From an uncultured delta proteobacterium (GTDB lineage Bacteria > Myxococcota_A > Polyangia > Polyangiales > Polyangiaceae): a stretch of 64,000 nucleotides of DNA. The notes below the pieces were generated by a model. The model did not search any database, had not been told where the DNA came from, and saw nothing but the letters and a program-made list of their open reading frames with translations. Shown one piece after another: positions 28,870-39,049 of the stretch (positions are counted from its first letter, which is position 1; each line of letters opens with the position of its first letter). The stretch lies in contig CAWKKR010000001.1 in the NCBI GenBank assembly GCA_963850305.1, forward strand, positions 448,001-512,000, in the 5' to 3' direction. The position numbers were made by a program, and so were the translations under genes.

Positions 28870-30351
28870 GTGGGCAACGTGACCCCGACGGATCCGTCAG
28901 GGACCGAGGACCGCGACCGTCCGAGCCGCGTGTTCGCTTCGAGGCCGGTGCAGGCCGTGGCATTTCTGTTGCTACTCGCCGGGTTTGCCGAAATCGTTCC
29001 TGGTCTCTCGCGGTTCCGAGTGTTGCGCGCGCCTCCGCGCGTCGAAAAGGAGGCTCCGACGCAGGCCATGACTCCGAGCGCCGTCGGAGAGACCGAGCTG
29101 CAGCTCGTCACGCGAGTCCGCGCCGACCTGGCGCAGCCCGAGCACGTAGGCGCGCTTCCGAGGTCCACGGGTCCGATTGCCACGAGCGGGGACTCCGCGA
29201 GAGACGATGCCGAGCAGGCCCCGGTCCCGATCATCGATGGCTCGCACTCGCTCCGTCGCTTCTTCGCCGCACTCGCGCGCACCGAACGGCATGAAGTCGG
29301 CGCCGTCAGTCGTGTGCTCTTCTTCGGAGACTCGGTGGTCGCGAGCGACTTCGGCACTGGCACGCTGCGTCGGTTGCTCGATGCGCGTTTCGGCGATGCG
29401 GGGCACGGGTTCGTTCTCATCGCGAACGCCTGGCCTCAGTACTTCCACAATGACGTCTCCCGCATCGCCGACCGTGGCTGGCACGTGAGCCGCATCGTCG
29501 GACCTCGGGCGGCCGATGGCTTCTACGGACTCGGCGGTGTCTCGTTCACGGGTCCGCCGGGGCTGCGCGCCTACGTGGGTACCGCAAAGACCGGGTCGTT
29601 CGGACGGGCCGTGTCGAAATTCGAGATCGCATATCTGAAGCAGCCCGGTGGAGGCGTGCTGGCAGTCGCGGTGGACGGCAAGGCAACGCAATCGATCGAT
29701 ACGGCGGCGGACGAAAAGGAAACTGCCTTCGACGAGGTCCGCGTTCCCGACGGCCCGCACGAACTGGAACTGGTCACGCAACGAGCCAATGTCCGACTGT
29801 TTGGTGTGGCCCTCGAACGGGACAAGCCAGGGGTCGTTCTGGACGCGGTCGGCGTCGTGGGCGCGCGACTTCGAACGTTCGCCCAGATCGACGCCGCGCA
29901 CTTCGCGAAATCGATCGAATGGCGGCACCCGAACCTGGTCGTCTTCCAGTTCGGGGCCAACGAGAGCGCCGACGGTTTCGCGTATCCGATGCCCGAATAT
30001 CACCAGGCCATGAAAGAACTCATCGAGAGAATCCTGCGGTCGACGCCGGACGCTGGCTGTCTCGTCATCGGCGCGATGGATCGCGCGCGAAAGGAAGGGG
30101 ATCGTCTGGTGACCGTTCCCGTAATCCCCCTCCTCGTCGAGGAGCAGAGAAAAGCCTCCGCCGAGGTCGGCTGCGCGTTCTGGAGCGCGTTCGACGCGAT
30201 GGGCGGTCGCGGCTCGATGGCAAGGTGGGTTCGGCTCGGGCTCGGCACCGGCGACTTCACTCACCCCACGAGCTGGGGCGCCGACAAGCTGGGCAGGTGG
30301 ATCTATTCGGCGCTGATGAAAGATTACGCGGCATACTCGAGCTCTCCATGA
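28870..30351 (+). CDS. Membrane-anchored SGNH/GDSL family protein (O-acetyltransferase or esterase-like)
   Basis: N-terminal transmembrane segment; FGDSV, GVVGAR, FGANES, GDFTHP. Confidence 0.8.
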   Translation: MGNVTPTDPSGTEDRDRPSRVFASRPVQAVAFLLLLAGFAEIVPGLSRFRVLRAPPRVEKEAPTQAMTPSAVGETELQLVTRVRADLAQPEHVGALPRSTGPIATSGDSARDDAEQAPVPIIDGSHSLRRFFAALARTERHEVGAVSRVLFFGDSVVASDFGTGTLRRLLDARFGDAGHGFVLIANAWPQYFHNDVSRIADRGWHVSRIVGPRAADGFYGLGGVSFTGPPGLRAYVGTAKTGSFGRAVSKFEIAYLKQPGGGVLAVAVDGKATQSIDTAADEKETAFDEVRVPDGPHELELVTQRANVRLFGVALERDKPGVVLDAVGVVGARLRTFAQIDAAHFAKSIEWRHPNLVVFQFGANESADGFAYPMPEYHQAMKELIERILRSTPDAGCLVIGAMDRARKEGDRLVTVPVIPLLVEEQRKASAEVGCAFWSAFDAMGGRGSMARWVRLGLGTGDFTHPTSWGADKLGRWIYSALMKDYAAYSSSP

Positions 30352-30358
30352 GCCTGCG

Positions 30359-31687
30359 TCAGCGCGGGGGCGCGTCGTCGGGCAGCAGCGCCGATAGAAT
30401 GGGCGCGCCGAGCTCCGCGTAACCCCGCGGCGTCAGATGAACGTGATCGGAGCCTGCCAGCGGTGGAGTTTGCTCGGCCCAGCGCTTCAGCCCCCCATCG
30501 CCTCCCATCGCATCGAATGCGCTCACGAATGCGCACCCCGCACGACCCGCGGCCTCGCGTTCCACGCTGTCGATCTCCGCGACTCGTGGCAGCGTCGTCC
30601 ACTCGGGCGATTCGCGATCCGTTGGACCGACGACGAGACAGTCCGCGTCCGGCGCCGCCTGTCGCACGCGCTCGACGAGCGTCTCGAGCTCCGGTCCGTA
30701 GCGACTCGCGGCTACCTGATCACCGACCTCGTTCGTACCGTAAGCGATGACGACGAGCGACGCGCGCCGTCGGCGAGCCGCCTCGATCCAAGGGTCCGCT
30801 TCCCACGCGAGGGGGGTGCCGATACGGGCGCCATTGATGCCAAGCGTATCGACCACCACGCCGGGCTCGGCGCTCTCCACGATCGCCCCCAGGATCTGGG
30901 GCTCACCCGCAGCGGATTCGATGGTCATCGTTCCGCCAGTCGGCGTCTCCCATTCGACGTGCGCGATGGTTCCGACCGGGTAAGTCTTGGCGTCCACCGC
31001 GCGGACCTCGCCGTTCGTCGCGACGGAAAATCGTGCTTTGTCGGTCGGCAGGCGAAACGCGAGATCCCAGTGTGCCGCTCGACGAACGGCGTCGGCCGAG
31101 AGCACCACCGTGGCTCGGCTCGACGCGCCTTCGGGCACGGCGCGAATCCCGCCGAGGCCAAAGACGCCGTCGTCTTGCCGCATCCAGAGCGACGGCCGCC
31201 GTGGTTCGGTCCGCCACGGGCCGGAACGCTCGACCTTGATCCCCGCGTGGCGGTACGCGGGAAGCCCGACGTAGACGAAGCCCGGGCCACCATCTCCGAA
31301 CTTCACCTGGAGGGGCTTCCGGACCGCGTCGGGCCAGAAGTCCGCAGCCGTGTGCGAGTCCCCGAGCCACAGGGCGCGGACGGGTTCCCGCCGACTTCCG
31401 GTGGCCATCGCGGCGAGCGCGCCGCGAAATCGATCGAGCCGAGCGGCGCGTTCGACAGCGTGCAATCCCGGAGCCGGCGCCGTCGCGGACGTCGCGCCGG
31501 CCAAGGCGTCCTGAGGTTTGTTCGGCGCGCTCCGTGGGGGCACGATGGTCTTCGCCGTGGCGTCGATCGCGGGCCCGTGCGCGGCCGACGCGCATGTCAC
31601 GACCGTGAGGGCCGACAGCGAAACCAGGAGAAGACCCGTGGCGCGCGCGCTTTCAGGAGAAAGGATCGTCGACCTCGGCTTCTTCAT
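30359..31687 (-). CDS. Exported SGNH/GDSL family protein, paralogue of the convergent gene
   Basis: LGDSHTAAD, GINGAR, YGTNE, DHVHLT..GY. Confidence 0.82.
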   Translation of the reverse strand: MKKPRSTILSPESARATGLLLVSLSALTVVTCASAAHGPAIDATAKTIVPPRSAPNKPQDALAGATSATAPAPGLHAVERAARLDRFRGALAAMATGSRREPVRALWLGDSHTAADFWPDAVRKPLQVKFGDGGPGFVYVGLPAYRHAGIKVERSGPWRTEPRRPSLWMRQDDGVFGLGGIRAVPEGASSRATVVLSADAVRRAAHWDLAFRLPTDKARFSVATNGEVRAVDAKTYPVGTIAHVEWETPTGGTMTIESAAGEPQILGAIVESAEPGVVVDTLGINGARIGTPLAWEADPWIEAARRRRASLVVIAYGTNEVGDQVAASRYGPELETLVERVRQAAPDADCLVVGPTDRESPEWTTLPRVAEIDSVEREAAGRAGCAFVSAFDAMGGDGGLKRWAEQTPPLAGSDHVHLTPRGYAELGAPILSALLPDDAPPR

Positions 31688-32774
31688 GCTGTTTCTCTCG
31701 ACGTTCCTGGACTCTTCGCTTCACGACCGACACGAGGACGTCGACGTAGGATTCGAACCGCGGGCAATGAATCTCGGAGCCCGAAAGCACATCGTCCGTG
31801 TTGCGGGTATCGTACCGAACCGGCGTCGTTATCGTATCGATGAACGCCCGGGGGCCCTTCGAGACGAGGCTCACACCTGGAGTTCTAAGCAGCGCCTTCG
31901 TGAGCCGCGACGGGATGAAGCCACTCGGGAGGCGCCGCCCGCCGCTCTGCGCGACGAGTTCGAAGACCTGACGCACGGAGAGCGGCTTCGGATCCGCGAG
32001 GTGAAACGTCTTCCCGATCGATTGCGGACTCATGCCGATGTAGTGCGCGGCCTGGACGACGTAGTCGATCGGCACGAGGTTCATCGGAGCGTCGCCCTTG
32101 GTCGGTAAGAGCATCGGGAAATCCTGTGGCGCGCCGAGAATGAGGAGGATCAACAGGTAGGGCCCATCGAAGCGATCGACCTCGCCGGTTCGCGAGTCGC
32201 CCACGATCTCGGTAGGCCGTACGACCGCGATGGGAAGGTCCGCCATCGCCTCGCGCGCCAGCCGCTCCGCGCGCGCGTGCGTCTCCTCCACCGCCGAGCG
32301 GAACGATTGTCGCGCGGCCAGATCCTCTTCCAGGACGAGCCCCGTGCGGTTCCCGCTCACCTGTGCCATCGAATGAACGACCAGACACTTCAGTCGTTCG
32401 CAGACGCGTCCGAACTCGAGCACTTCGCGCATCGCACCGATGTTCACCTCCTCGGCCACTTTCCGGGACGCGGCCGAGTACGTCACCTGCGCGACGTGGT
32501 GAATCCGATCGACGCGCGACGAAAGCTCGCGATACTCGGCGCCCGAGAGCCCGAGATCGATGGCCGCGGCGTCACCTTCGAACACCACGACGCGCTCTCT
32601 GTCCGATCTCGCCAGCTGCGCGACGAATTCTTCGGCTTGCCGGGACAGTTTCGGATGGACGATCGCGTGTACGAGGGAGCGTGGGTTCGCCGACAATTGC
32701 CATTCGACCATCTTGCGGCCGCGGAAATTCGGAAAACCCGTGACCAGCACCACCTCGTCGTAGCTCGAAGACAT
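31653..32774 (-). CDS. Extended SDR / NAD_binding_4 (fatty acyl-CoA reductase-like) protein
   Basis: VLVTGFP.F.G, GD....DLGL, VRP..IVGDSRTGE, NLVPIDYV. Confidence 0.8.
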   Translation of the reverse strand: MSSSYDEVVLVTGFPNFRGRKMVEWQLSANPRSLVHAIVHPKLSRQAEEFVAQLARSDRERVVVFEGDAAAIDLGLSGAEYRELSSRVDRIHHVAQVTYSAASRKVAEEVNIGAMREVLEFGRVCERLKCLVVHSMAQVSGNRTGLVLEEDLAARQSFRSAVEETHARAERLAREAMADLPIAVVRPTEIVGDSRTGEVDRFDGPYLLILLILGAPQDFPMLLPTKGDAPMNLVPIDYVVQAAHYIGMSPQSIGKTFHLADPKPLSVRQVFELVAQSGGRRLPSGFIPSRLTKALLRTPGVSLVSKGPRAFIDTITTPVRYDTRNTDDVLSGSEIHCPRFESYVDVLVSVVKRRVQERREKQHEEAEVDDPFS

Positions 32775-32923
32775 CTCCCGCTGAGTAGTACGCCGCCGCC
32801 CTGTCCGACCAGCGCCTCGCTGATCCTAGGGTGAAACCAGCGCGTGTCCGAGCGTCTTCACGTCACTCCGGCCAACGGGACGCTGACAACATCGTCAATC
32901 CCGCCCAGCGAGCCGCTCGGTGC

Positions 32924-33394
32924 TCAAAACGGGATGTCGTCATCGTCGGCGGGTCCACCACCTCCACCGCCCTGGTCGGCCGGCTCGTCATAGTGGTCCT
33001 CGGGCGGCCCCTCGCCCCCTCGAGCGGGCCCGCCGCCACCACCGCCGCCACCTGCTCCTCCGCGACCCCCGCTCAGGATGACGTTGGTCGCGACAACCTC
33101 CGTCTTGTAGCGCTTGTTCCCGTCGCGATCTTCGTAACTCGATGTACGAAGCCCTCCTTCGACGAAGAGACGCGAGCCCTTGGTGAGGAACTTGCTGAGC
33201 GCTTCGGCTCGCTTTCCCCAGAGGACGACGCTGTGCCACTCGGTCTTCTCCTGACGGACTTTGTTCCGGTCGAGATACGATTCCGTCGTGGCGAGGCGCA
33301 TCTTCAGAATCGCCTGCCCGCCGCTCGTCATCTTGAGCTCGGGATCCGCCCCGAGGTTTCCCAGCAACATCACTCGATTCAGCCCATCCGCCAT
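32924..33394 (-). CDS. ssb: Single-stranded DNA-binding protein
   Basis: NRVMLLGNLGADPE, TEWH, VEG.LRT; Gly-rich linker; DDDIPF tail. Confidence 0.97.
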   Translation of the reverse strand: MADGLNRVMLLGNLGADPELKMTSGGQAILKMRLATTESYLDRNKVRQEKTEWHSVVLWGKRAEALSKFLTKGSRLFVEGGLRTSSYEDRDGNKRYKTEVVATNVILSGGRGGAGGGGGGGGPARGGEGPPEDHYDEPADQGGGGGGPADDDDIPF

Positions 33395-33509
33395 CTGCTC
33401 GCCTCCGAAGGTGATGACCCTTCCCTCGCGAGGTTCCCGGCGTCAAGCGCCGCGCTGACGGAATCTGTCCTCGCGCCTCAGCCCGGGTCCTCGTTCGTGG
33501 ATGCGCGAA

Positions 33510-33983
33510 TCAAAAGCTCGGCAGCTTCGGCCGCCGCGGCGGCGGCGCGTCCACGTCGTCCAGCATCGCTCGGATTTCTTCACGAATCGCGAAGAGCGCA
33601 TCGCGCATTCGTGCGCGGGACTGCTCCGCGTCGCCATGCGCGCTCGCGCTGGGCTTCGGCATTTCCGCGAGGGGTACCGGCTGCACGACGACCTCGGGTG
33701 CGTGAACCAGCACCACCTCGGCGACGGGTTCCGGGTCCGGATCGCGCAGTTTCTTCTTCGCTCCGGCAATCGTGAAGCCCTGGTTCTTGAGAAGGTCTTT
33801 GACCCTGAGCAGCTTCTCGACGTCGCGACGCGAGTAGACTCGCTGCCCCTTGTGCGACTTCTGCGGCCGGATCGTCCGGAACTCCGTCTCCCAGTAGCGG
33901 AGCACGTGCGGCTGCACGCCCACAATCTGCGCTACCTCGCCGATCCGGTAGTAGAGTTTGACGAGTTCGCGCGAAAGACCCAC
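33510..33983 (-). CDS. MerR-family transcriptional regulator (ihfA-associated type)
   Basis: [38 protein letters not shown]. Lies directly downstream of ihfA. Confidence 0.9.
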   Translation of the reverse strand: MGLSRELVKLYYRIGEVAQIVGVQPHVLRYWETEFRTIRPQKSHKGQRVYSRRDVEKLLRVKDLLKNQGFTIAGAKKKLRDPDPEPVAEVVLVHAPEVVVQPVPLAEMPKPSASAHGDAEQSRARMRDALFAIREEIRAMLDDVDAPPPRRPKLPSF

Positions 33984-33988
33984 GGCAT

Positions 33989-34321
33989 CTACTCTTCGGC
34001 AGCCGGCGAGCCCGCTGGGGCGTGGGAAGCCTCTTCAGGACCCTCCCCGTTCAGCGCCTGCTTCAGCAACTGACTTGCCTTGAAGTTCAGGACCCGTCGG
34101 GCGGTGATCACGATCGGATCCCCGGTTTGCGGGTTTCTCCCCTGACGCTGACGCTTGTCGCGCAAGACCAGATTTCCGAACCCGGAGATCTTGATCTTCT
34201 CTCCACGACCCAGGGTCTCCTTCATCGTCTCGAAGACGAGATCCACCAGATCCGCGGACTCCTTCTTCGAGAACCCGCCTAGCTTCGTGTACACCGCATG
34301 AACGATGTCGGCTTTGGTCAT
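33989..34321 (-). CDS. ihfA: Integration host factor subunit alpha
   Basis: [34 protein letters not shown] ribosome-binding site before ATG 34321. Confidence 0.9.
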   Translation of the reverse strand: MTKADIVHAVYTKLGGFSKKESADLVDLVFETMKETLGRGEKIKISGFGNLVLRDKRQRQGRNPQTGDPIVITARRVLNFKASQLLKQALNGEGPEEASHAPAGSPAAEE

Positions 34322-34522
34322 CTGGACCCCCTTCGGGAGTTCGAACCCACTCTGAGGGCCCGAGATGGGCCCGCTTCGACGAATGATCGGAATGAAGCGG
34401 TACCCGATCTTGTCATCGATGATGACCCAGCATCCCCGAAAAGTCCACTCCTCTCGCGCGGTTGACCGCAAGACCCAGGCCTGCCGCTTGCCGAGAGGGG
34501 GATAAGACGTGGGTAGGGGGCG

Positions 34523-36043
34523 TCAGGCGGCGCGGACCACGCCAACCTCAGCATCGGTCATGCCAGGTTCGGAGACCCGTTCCCCGCTCCCCTCAGCCCG
34601 CGGGGTCAGGCGCTGGCCGAGCTGCTCGGAGCCTACCAGCCAGGCCACGTATCCGTAGCCCATCATGAACAGGAACGCGAAAGGCGCGGCGAACCAGTGC
34701 TGCGTCTCCAGCGAGGCCACGACGCTCGCCAGGGAGACCAAGCAGAGGCCCATCTCGGCCATCGGCAGCCGAGCATACTGCCAATATCGACCCGCCGCCG
34801 CCCCGCGCTTCGGCGTCCGAACGAACTCGCCCGCCATGGAGCCCATGCCGTCCGCAACGGCGCGTGTCAGGTGCGGGCTCAAACCGGCCCCGAGGGCGAT
34901 GAGCGCCGGCAATCGCCGCAGCGCTTCCCAGATGGTCCGTCCCTGCGCCGTCTCGGCGGTCGCATAAAACGTCACCAGCGACCCCGTCGCGCCCATGCAG
35001 AGGGGCAAGTCGACGAGCAGCAGACTACGGCCGTTCGTGGCGGGCAGAATGAGGAGCGCCGGCAAGAGGAGCACGCTGAGCAACAGCATCAGCGGATAGG
35101 CGAAGTGCGGCAGCATGTGGAAACACGCTTCCGCTCGCTGGCGGAGGGTGATCGGCGCTCGGAGCACACGACCCAGGAGCTTGCGTGCCGTCTGGACCGT
35201 CCCCTTCGCCCAGCGATATTGCTGCGCGCGGAACGCACTCATCTCCGCCGGTAACTCCGCAGGCGTGACCACGTCGGGGCGATAGACGAACCGCCAGCCC
35301 TTGAGCTGCGCCCGGTACGAGAGGTCCAGATCTTCGGTCAGCGTGTCGTGCTGCCAGCCACCGGCATCCGCGATCGCCTGCCGCCGCCAGATGCCGCCGG
35401 TGCCGGAGAAGTTGAACATGCAGCCCGAGCCGAACCGTGCACGGTTCTCCACGAGATGATGGCCATCCAGCATGAGCGCCTGGACGCTGGTGAGCAGACT
35501 CTCGTCGCGGTTCAGGTGGGCCCAGCGGGTCTGCACCATGCCGACACGCGGATCCGAAAAGTCTCCGGCGACGGCACGCAAGAACTCGGGCTGAGGCACG
35601 AAGTCCGCGTCGAAAATGGCGACCAGCTCGCCCCTGGCTTGCTCGAGGCCGAACTCCAGGGCGCCCGCCTTGTACCCGACGCGTCCACTGCGCCGCAGAT
35701 AGACGGCGTCGAGCCCGCGTTCGCGGAGCTCGGCGACTTTGCGCCGCGCGAGCGCCTCGGTCTCGTCGGTGGAATCATCCAGAACCTGGATCTCGAACTT
35801 GTCCGCCGGATAGTCGAAGCGCGCGACGGCATCGAGCAAGCGTTCCACGACGGTGGCTTCGTTGAAGAGCGGGAGCTGCACCGTGACCGTGGGCAACCGA
35901 TCTTCCGCGACGCCCGGCCGGACCAGCGCCGCCCGCAGCTCATGCCGGTACCGGATGCACATCCAGACCAGGTGCGCGCGGTGGACCCCGTACGTGCAGA
36001 GAAGGAGCAAGACCGCGAAATAAAGTACGATGAACACTGCCAT
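34523..36043 (-). CDS. Membrane GT2 glycosyltransferase (cellulose-synthase-like)
   Basis: VQLPLFNE, LDDSTD, KAGAL, FDADF, TEDLD and QQYRWAKG (D,D,D,QxxRW); flanking transmembrane helices. Only the C-terminal part of the 1218-aa ORF in the track is real. Confidence 0.9.
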   Translation of the reverse strand: MAVFIVLYFAVLLLLCTYGVHRAHLVWMCIRYRHELRAALVRPGVAEDRLPTVTVQLPLFNEATVVERLLDAVARFDYPADKFEIQVLDDSTDETEALARRKVAELRERGLDAVYLRRSGRVGYKAGALEFGLEQARGELVAIFDADFVPQPEFLRAVAGDFSDPRVGMVQTRWAHLNRDESLLTSVQALMLDGHHLVENRARFGSGCMFNFSGTGGIWRRQAIADAGGWQHDTLTEDLDLSYRAQLKGWRFVYRPDVVTPAELPAEMSAFRAQQYRWAKGTVQTARKLLGRVLRAPITLRQRAEACFHMLPHFAYPLMLLLSVLLLPALLILPATNGRSLLLVDLPLCMGATGSLVTFYATAETAQGRTIWEALRRLPALIALGAGLSPHLTRAVADGMGSMAGEFVRTPKRGAAAGRYWQYARLPMAEMGLCLVSLASVVASLETQHWFAAPFAFLFMMGYGYVAWLVGSEQLGQRLTPRAEGSGERVSEPGMTDAEVGVVRAA

Positions 36044-36172
36044 GGGCGCACGTTCAGTAACACCCACCCCGACGCACAGTGTCATTCGAATGTAATTCTT
36101 TGCATCCGCTTGTCCGGCCGGGGCCCGCTCCCGAGCGAGCGCGGCCCCGCGCCGTGGTACGAGCCGGAGCGC

Positions 36173-38974
36173 ATGGCGACGTCGCTGTTCGAGTCCGCCG
36201 CAGCGGACGTCCTCTACATCGTCGATCTCTCCGGCTACGTGTTTCGGGCGTATCACGCCATCGCGCCGCTCAATTCTCCGTCCGGCGAACCGACGCAGGC
36301 GGTGTTCGGCACCGTGAACATGCTCGAGCGCCTGGTGCGCCAAAAGCGCCCCGCGATGCTCGCCGTGGCGATGGATTCCAAGACGCCGACGTTCCGGAAG
36401 CAGTTCTACGCGGAGTACAAGGCGCACCGGCCGCCGCCGCCACCCGATCTCGCGCAGCAGATGCAGCGCTGCCGGGAAATCGTCGATGCCTTCGCGATCC
36501 CGGTCTTCCAGAAGGACGGCTTCGAGGCCGACGACCTGATCGCGTCGGCGATCTCGCAAGCTCGGGCTCGCGGCCTTCGCGCCGTGATCGTGAGCGCGGA
36601 CAAGGATCTGATGCAGCTCGTCGGGGACGACGTGTTGATGTGGGACACCATGCGGGACAAGGTCTTCGGCCCGGCCGAAGTCCTCGAGCGATTCGGCGTT
36701 CCCGTGGCCCAGGTGCGAGATTGGCTCGCGCTCACGGGCGACGCATCGGACAACGTACCCGGCGTGCCCTCGGTCGGCCCGAAGACGGCGCGCGATCTGC
36801 TCGTCCAGTACGGCACTCTCGACGGCATCTATGCGCACGTCGACGAGATCGCGCGGAAGAGTCTGCGTGAGAAACTGAAAGAACACGAGGACGCGGCGCG
36901 GCTGAGCCAACACCTCGTCACGCTGCGAACGGAGCTCCCGAGCTTCTTCGACGCGACGGCGCTGCGCTACGGCGGGCGCGACACGACGATGCTTCGCAAG
37001 CTGTACACCGAGCTCGGGTTCGCGAAACACCTCGCGGCACTGGGCGGACCGGAACCGGCGTTGCCCGCGGCAACGCCGGCCACGACTCCGGCGACGAGCG
37101 CAGCCGCGCCGGGGGCACCGGAACAAACGGGATTCGCGTTCGGCGCGAGCGACACTCGTGCACCCGCGGCTCCCGCGGAGGTCGCTGCGACGACGCGGGT
37201 CGTCCTCGACGAGGTCGCGCTCGAGCGGATGGTCGCCAATCTCGTCGCGGACGGAGGCGTCGCCGTGGTCGCGGAGACGAGCGGGCCGAGCCCGGTGCGC
37301 GGAAGCGTGGTCGGACTCGGTTTCGCCGGGAAGAGCGGACGCTACTACGTGCCGCTCTCGCACCGTTACGCCGGCGTCGCGCCGCAGCTCGACGTCTCGA
37401 TCGTCGCGCGGGTCCTGGGACCGCTCCTCGCGGACCCATCGGTGCCGAAGTGGAGCCACGACATGAAGCACCTGCGCGTCGCCCTCGCGCGCCTGGGACT
37501 CGCGCTCGAGGGAGCCAAGTTCGACACGATGATGGCAAGCTACTTGCTCGACCCGGAGACGTCCCACTCGCTCGGCGACATCGCCGCGCGCGAGCTCTCG
37601 ATCGCCGTGGGGGAATCCAAGACGCTCGTGCCCAAGGTGCGCGGTCGCGAACCCGGCTTCGAGGAGGCGCGCATCGAAGGCGCGGCGGCACTCGTCGGCG
37701 CCCGAGCGGCGGCCGTTCACGAGCTCGTGGAGCGGCTGGGGACGAAGCTCGGCGAAGAACGGCTCTCGGACCTCCTCGAGACGATCGAGCTTCCGCTCAC
37801 CGAGGTGTTGGCGCAGATGGAGCAATCCGGCGTCCTCGTCGATTCGGAGCAACTCCGGAAGCTCGGGCGGCGGGTGGAGAGCGAGCTCCAGGTCCTGGAG
37901 AAGAAGGCGCACGAAGTCGCGGGCCGCGTGTTCAACGTGAACTCGCCGCGGCAGCTCGAGACCTTGCTCTTCGACGACCTCGCGCTGAAGCACGTCAAAC
38001 GAACGAAAACGTCGCGCTCGACCGACGCGGAGACCCTCGAGGCGCTCGCCGAGTTTCATCCGTTGCCGAACGTGATCCTCGAGATCCGACAGCTCTCGAA
38101 GCTCAAGGGGACCTATATCGATACCCTGCCGCTCCTCGCCGATCCGATCACGCACCGGATCCACACGCGCTGGGAGCAAGCCGTGGCCGCCACCGGGAGA
38201 TTGTCGTCCTCGGATCCGAACCTACAGAATATCCCCATTCGCTCGGAGCTCGGCCGCGAGATCCGCGCGGCGTTCGTGGCGCCCGAAGGCCATGTGCTCG
38301 TCAGCGCCGACTACTCGCAGATAGAGCTTCGTGTGCTGGCCCACCTGTCGATGGACGCGGTGCTGGTGGATTCGTTCCGGAGCGGCGAGGACGTCCACAC
38401 GCGAACGGCGATCGAAGTCTTCGGCGTGTCCGAGAGCGACGTCACGGCGGAGATGCGGCGCCGCGCGAAGGCCGTGAACTTCGGCATCATCTACGGTCAG
38501 GGCGACAGCGGGCTCGCCAAGAGCCTCGGCATCCCGCGGACGGAAGCGGCGTCGTTCATCGCCCAATACTTCCGGCGTTACGAGGGCGTCCGGAAGTTCA
38601 TGAACGACGTGCTCGAGTCCGCGCGCGCGGCCGGCTCGATTCGAACGCTGTTCGGAAGGCGGCGGCTCGTCCCCGACATCCGGAGCGAGAACCGCGCCCG
38701 CCGTCTCGCCGCCGAACGCATCGCGATGAACACTCCCATCCAGGGCACCGCCGCGGACCTCCTGAAGCTGGCCATGCTCGCCTTCCGAACCCCGCCCGCG
38801 CCGGGAGCCCGAATGGTGCTCACGGTTCACGACGAGCTGGTCTTCGAAGTTCCGGAGGGGCAAATCCAGGAAGCCTGCCGGGCAATCCGTCTCGGCATGG
38901 AGTCCGTGAGGCCCCTTGCCGTTCCGCTGCTCGTGGACGTCGGGCACGGGAAAAACTGGAGTATTGCCCACTGA
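36173..38974 (+). CDS. polA: DNA polymerase I
   Basis: 5' nuclease motifs (FRAYHA, EADD, DKD, GDASDN.PGV), TGRLSSSDPNLQNIP, DYSQIELR, KAVNFGIIYG, VHDEL. Start placed at ATG 36173. Confidence 0.97.
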   Translation: MATSLFESAAADVLYIVDLSGYVFRAYHAIAPLNSPSGEPTQAVFGTVNMLERLVRQKRPAMLAVAMDSKTPTFRKQFYAEYKAHRPPPPPDLAQQMQRCREIVDAFAIPVFQKDGFEADDLIASAISQARARGLRAVIVSADKDLMQLVGDDVLMWDTMRDKVFGPAEVLERFGVPVAQVRDWLALTGDASDNVPGVPSVGPKTARDLLVQYGTLDGIYAHVDEIARKSLREKLKEHEDAARLSQHLVTLRTELPSFFDATALRYGGRDTTMLRKLYTELGFAKHLAALGGPEPALPAATPATTPATSAAAPGAPEQTGFAFGASDTRAPAAPAEVAATTRVVLDEVALERMVANLVADGGVAVVAETSGPSPVRGSVVGLGFAGKSGRYYVPLSHRYAGVAPQLDVSIVARVLGPLLADPSVPKWSHDMKHLRVALARLGLALEGAKFDTMMASYLLDPETSHSLGDIAARELSIAVGESKTLVPKVRGREPGFEEARIEGAAALVGARAAAVHELVERLGTKLGEERLSDLLETIELPLTEVLAQMEQSGVLVDSEQLRKLGRRVESELQVLEKKAHEVAGRVFNVNSPRQLETLLFDDLALKHVKRTKTSRSTDAETLEALAEFHPLPNVILEIRQLSKLKGTYIDTLPLLADPITHRIHTRWEQAVAATGRLSSSDPNLQNIPIRSELGREIRAAFVAPEGHVLVSADYSQIELRVLAHLSMDAVLVDSFRSGEDVHTRTAIEVFGVSESDVTAEMRRRAKAVNFGIIYGQGDSGLAKSLGIPRTEAASFIAQYFRRYEGVRKFMNDVLESARAAGSIRTLFGRRRLVPDIRSENRARRLAAERIAMNTPIQGTAADLLKLAMLAFRTPPAPGARMVLTVHDELVFEVPEGQIQEACRAIRLGMESVRPLAVPLLVDVGHGKNWSIAH

Positions 38975-39049
38975 TTCGTGGTTGCGGGTCGGGGGCTCGT
39001 CATCTAGCTTCCCGGGCCGTCGGCGGGGTGACCTGCCTTCCTTCTTCCG

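Noticed and set aside
34330..34352. GGGAGTTCGAACCC resembling a tRNA T-loop near ihfA/merR
   Set aside because: No matching T-stem, acceptor stem or anticodon arm could be built.
35348..36172. N-terminal extension of the polA ORF
   Set aside because: Antisense to the GT2 gene; Pol I motifs begin only after ATG 36173.
36044..38179. N-terminal 712 aa of the 1218-aa minus-strand ORF (apparent giant GT2 fusion)
   Set aside because: It is the antisense shadow of polA running in frame into the real GT2 gene, which starts near 36043.
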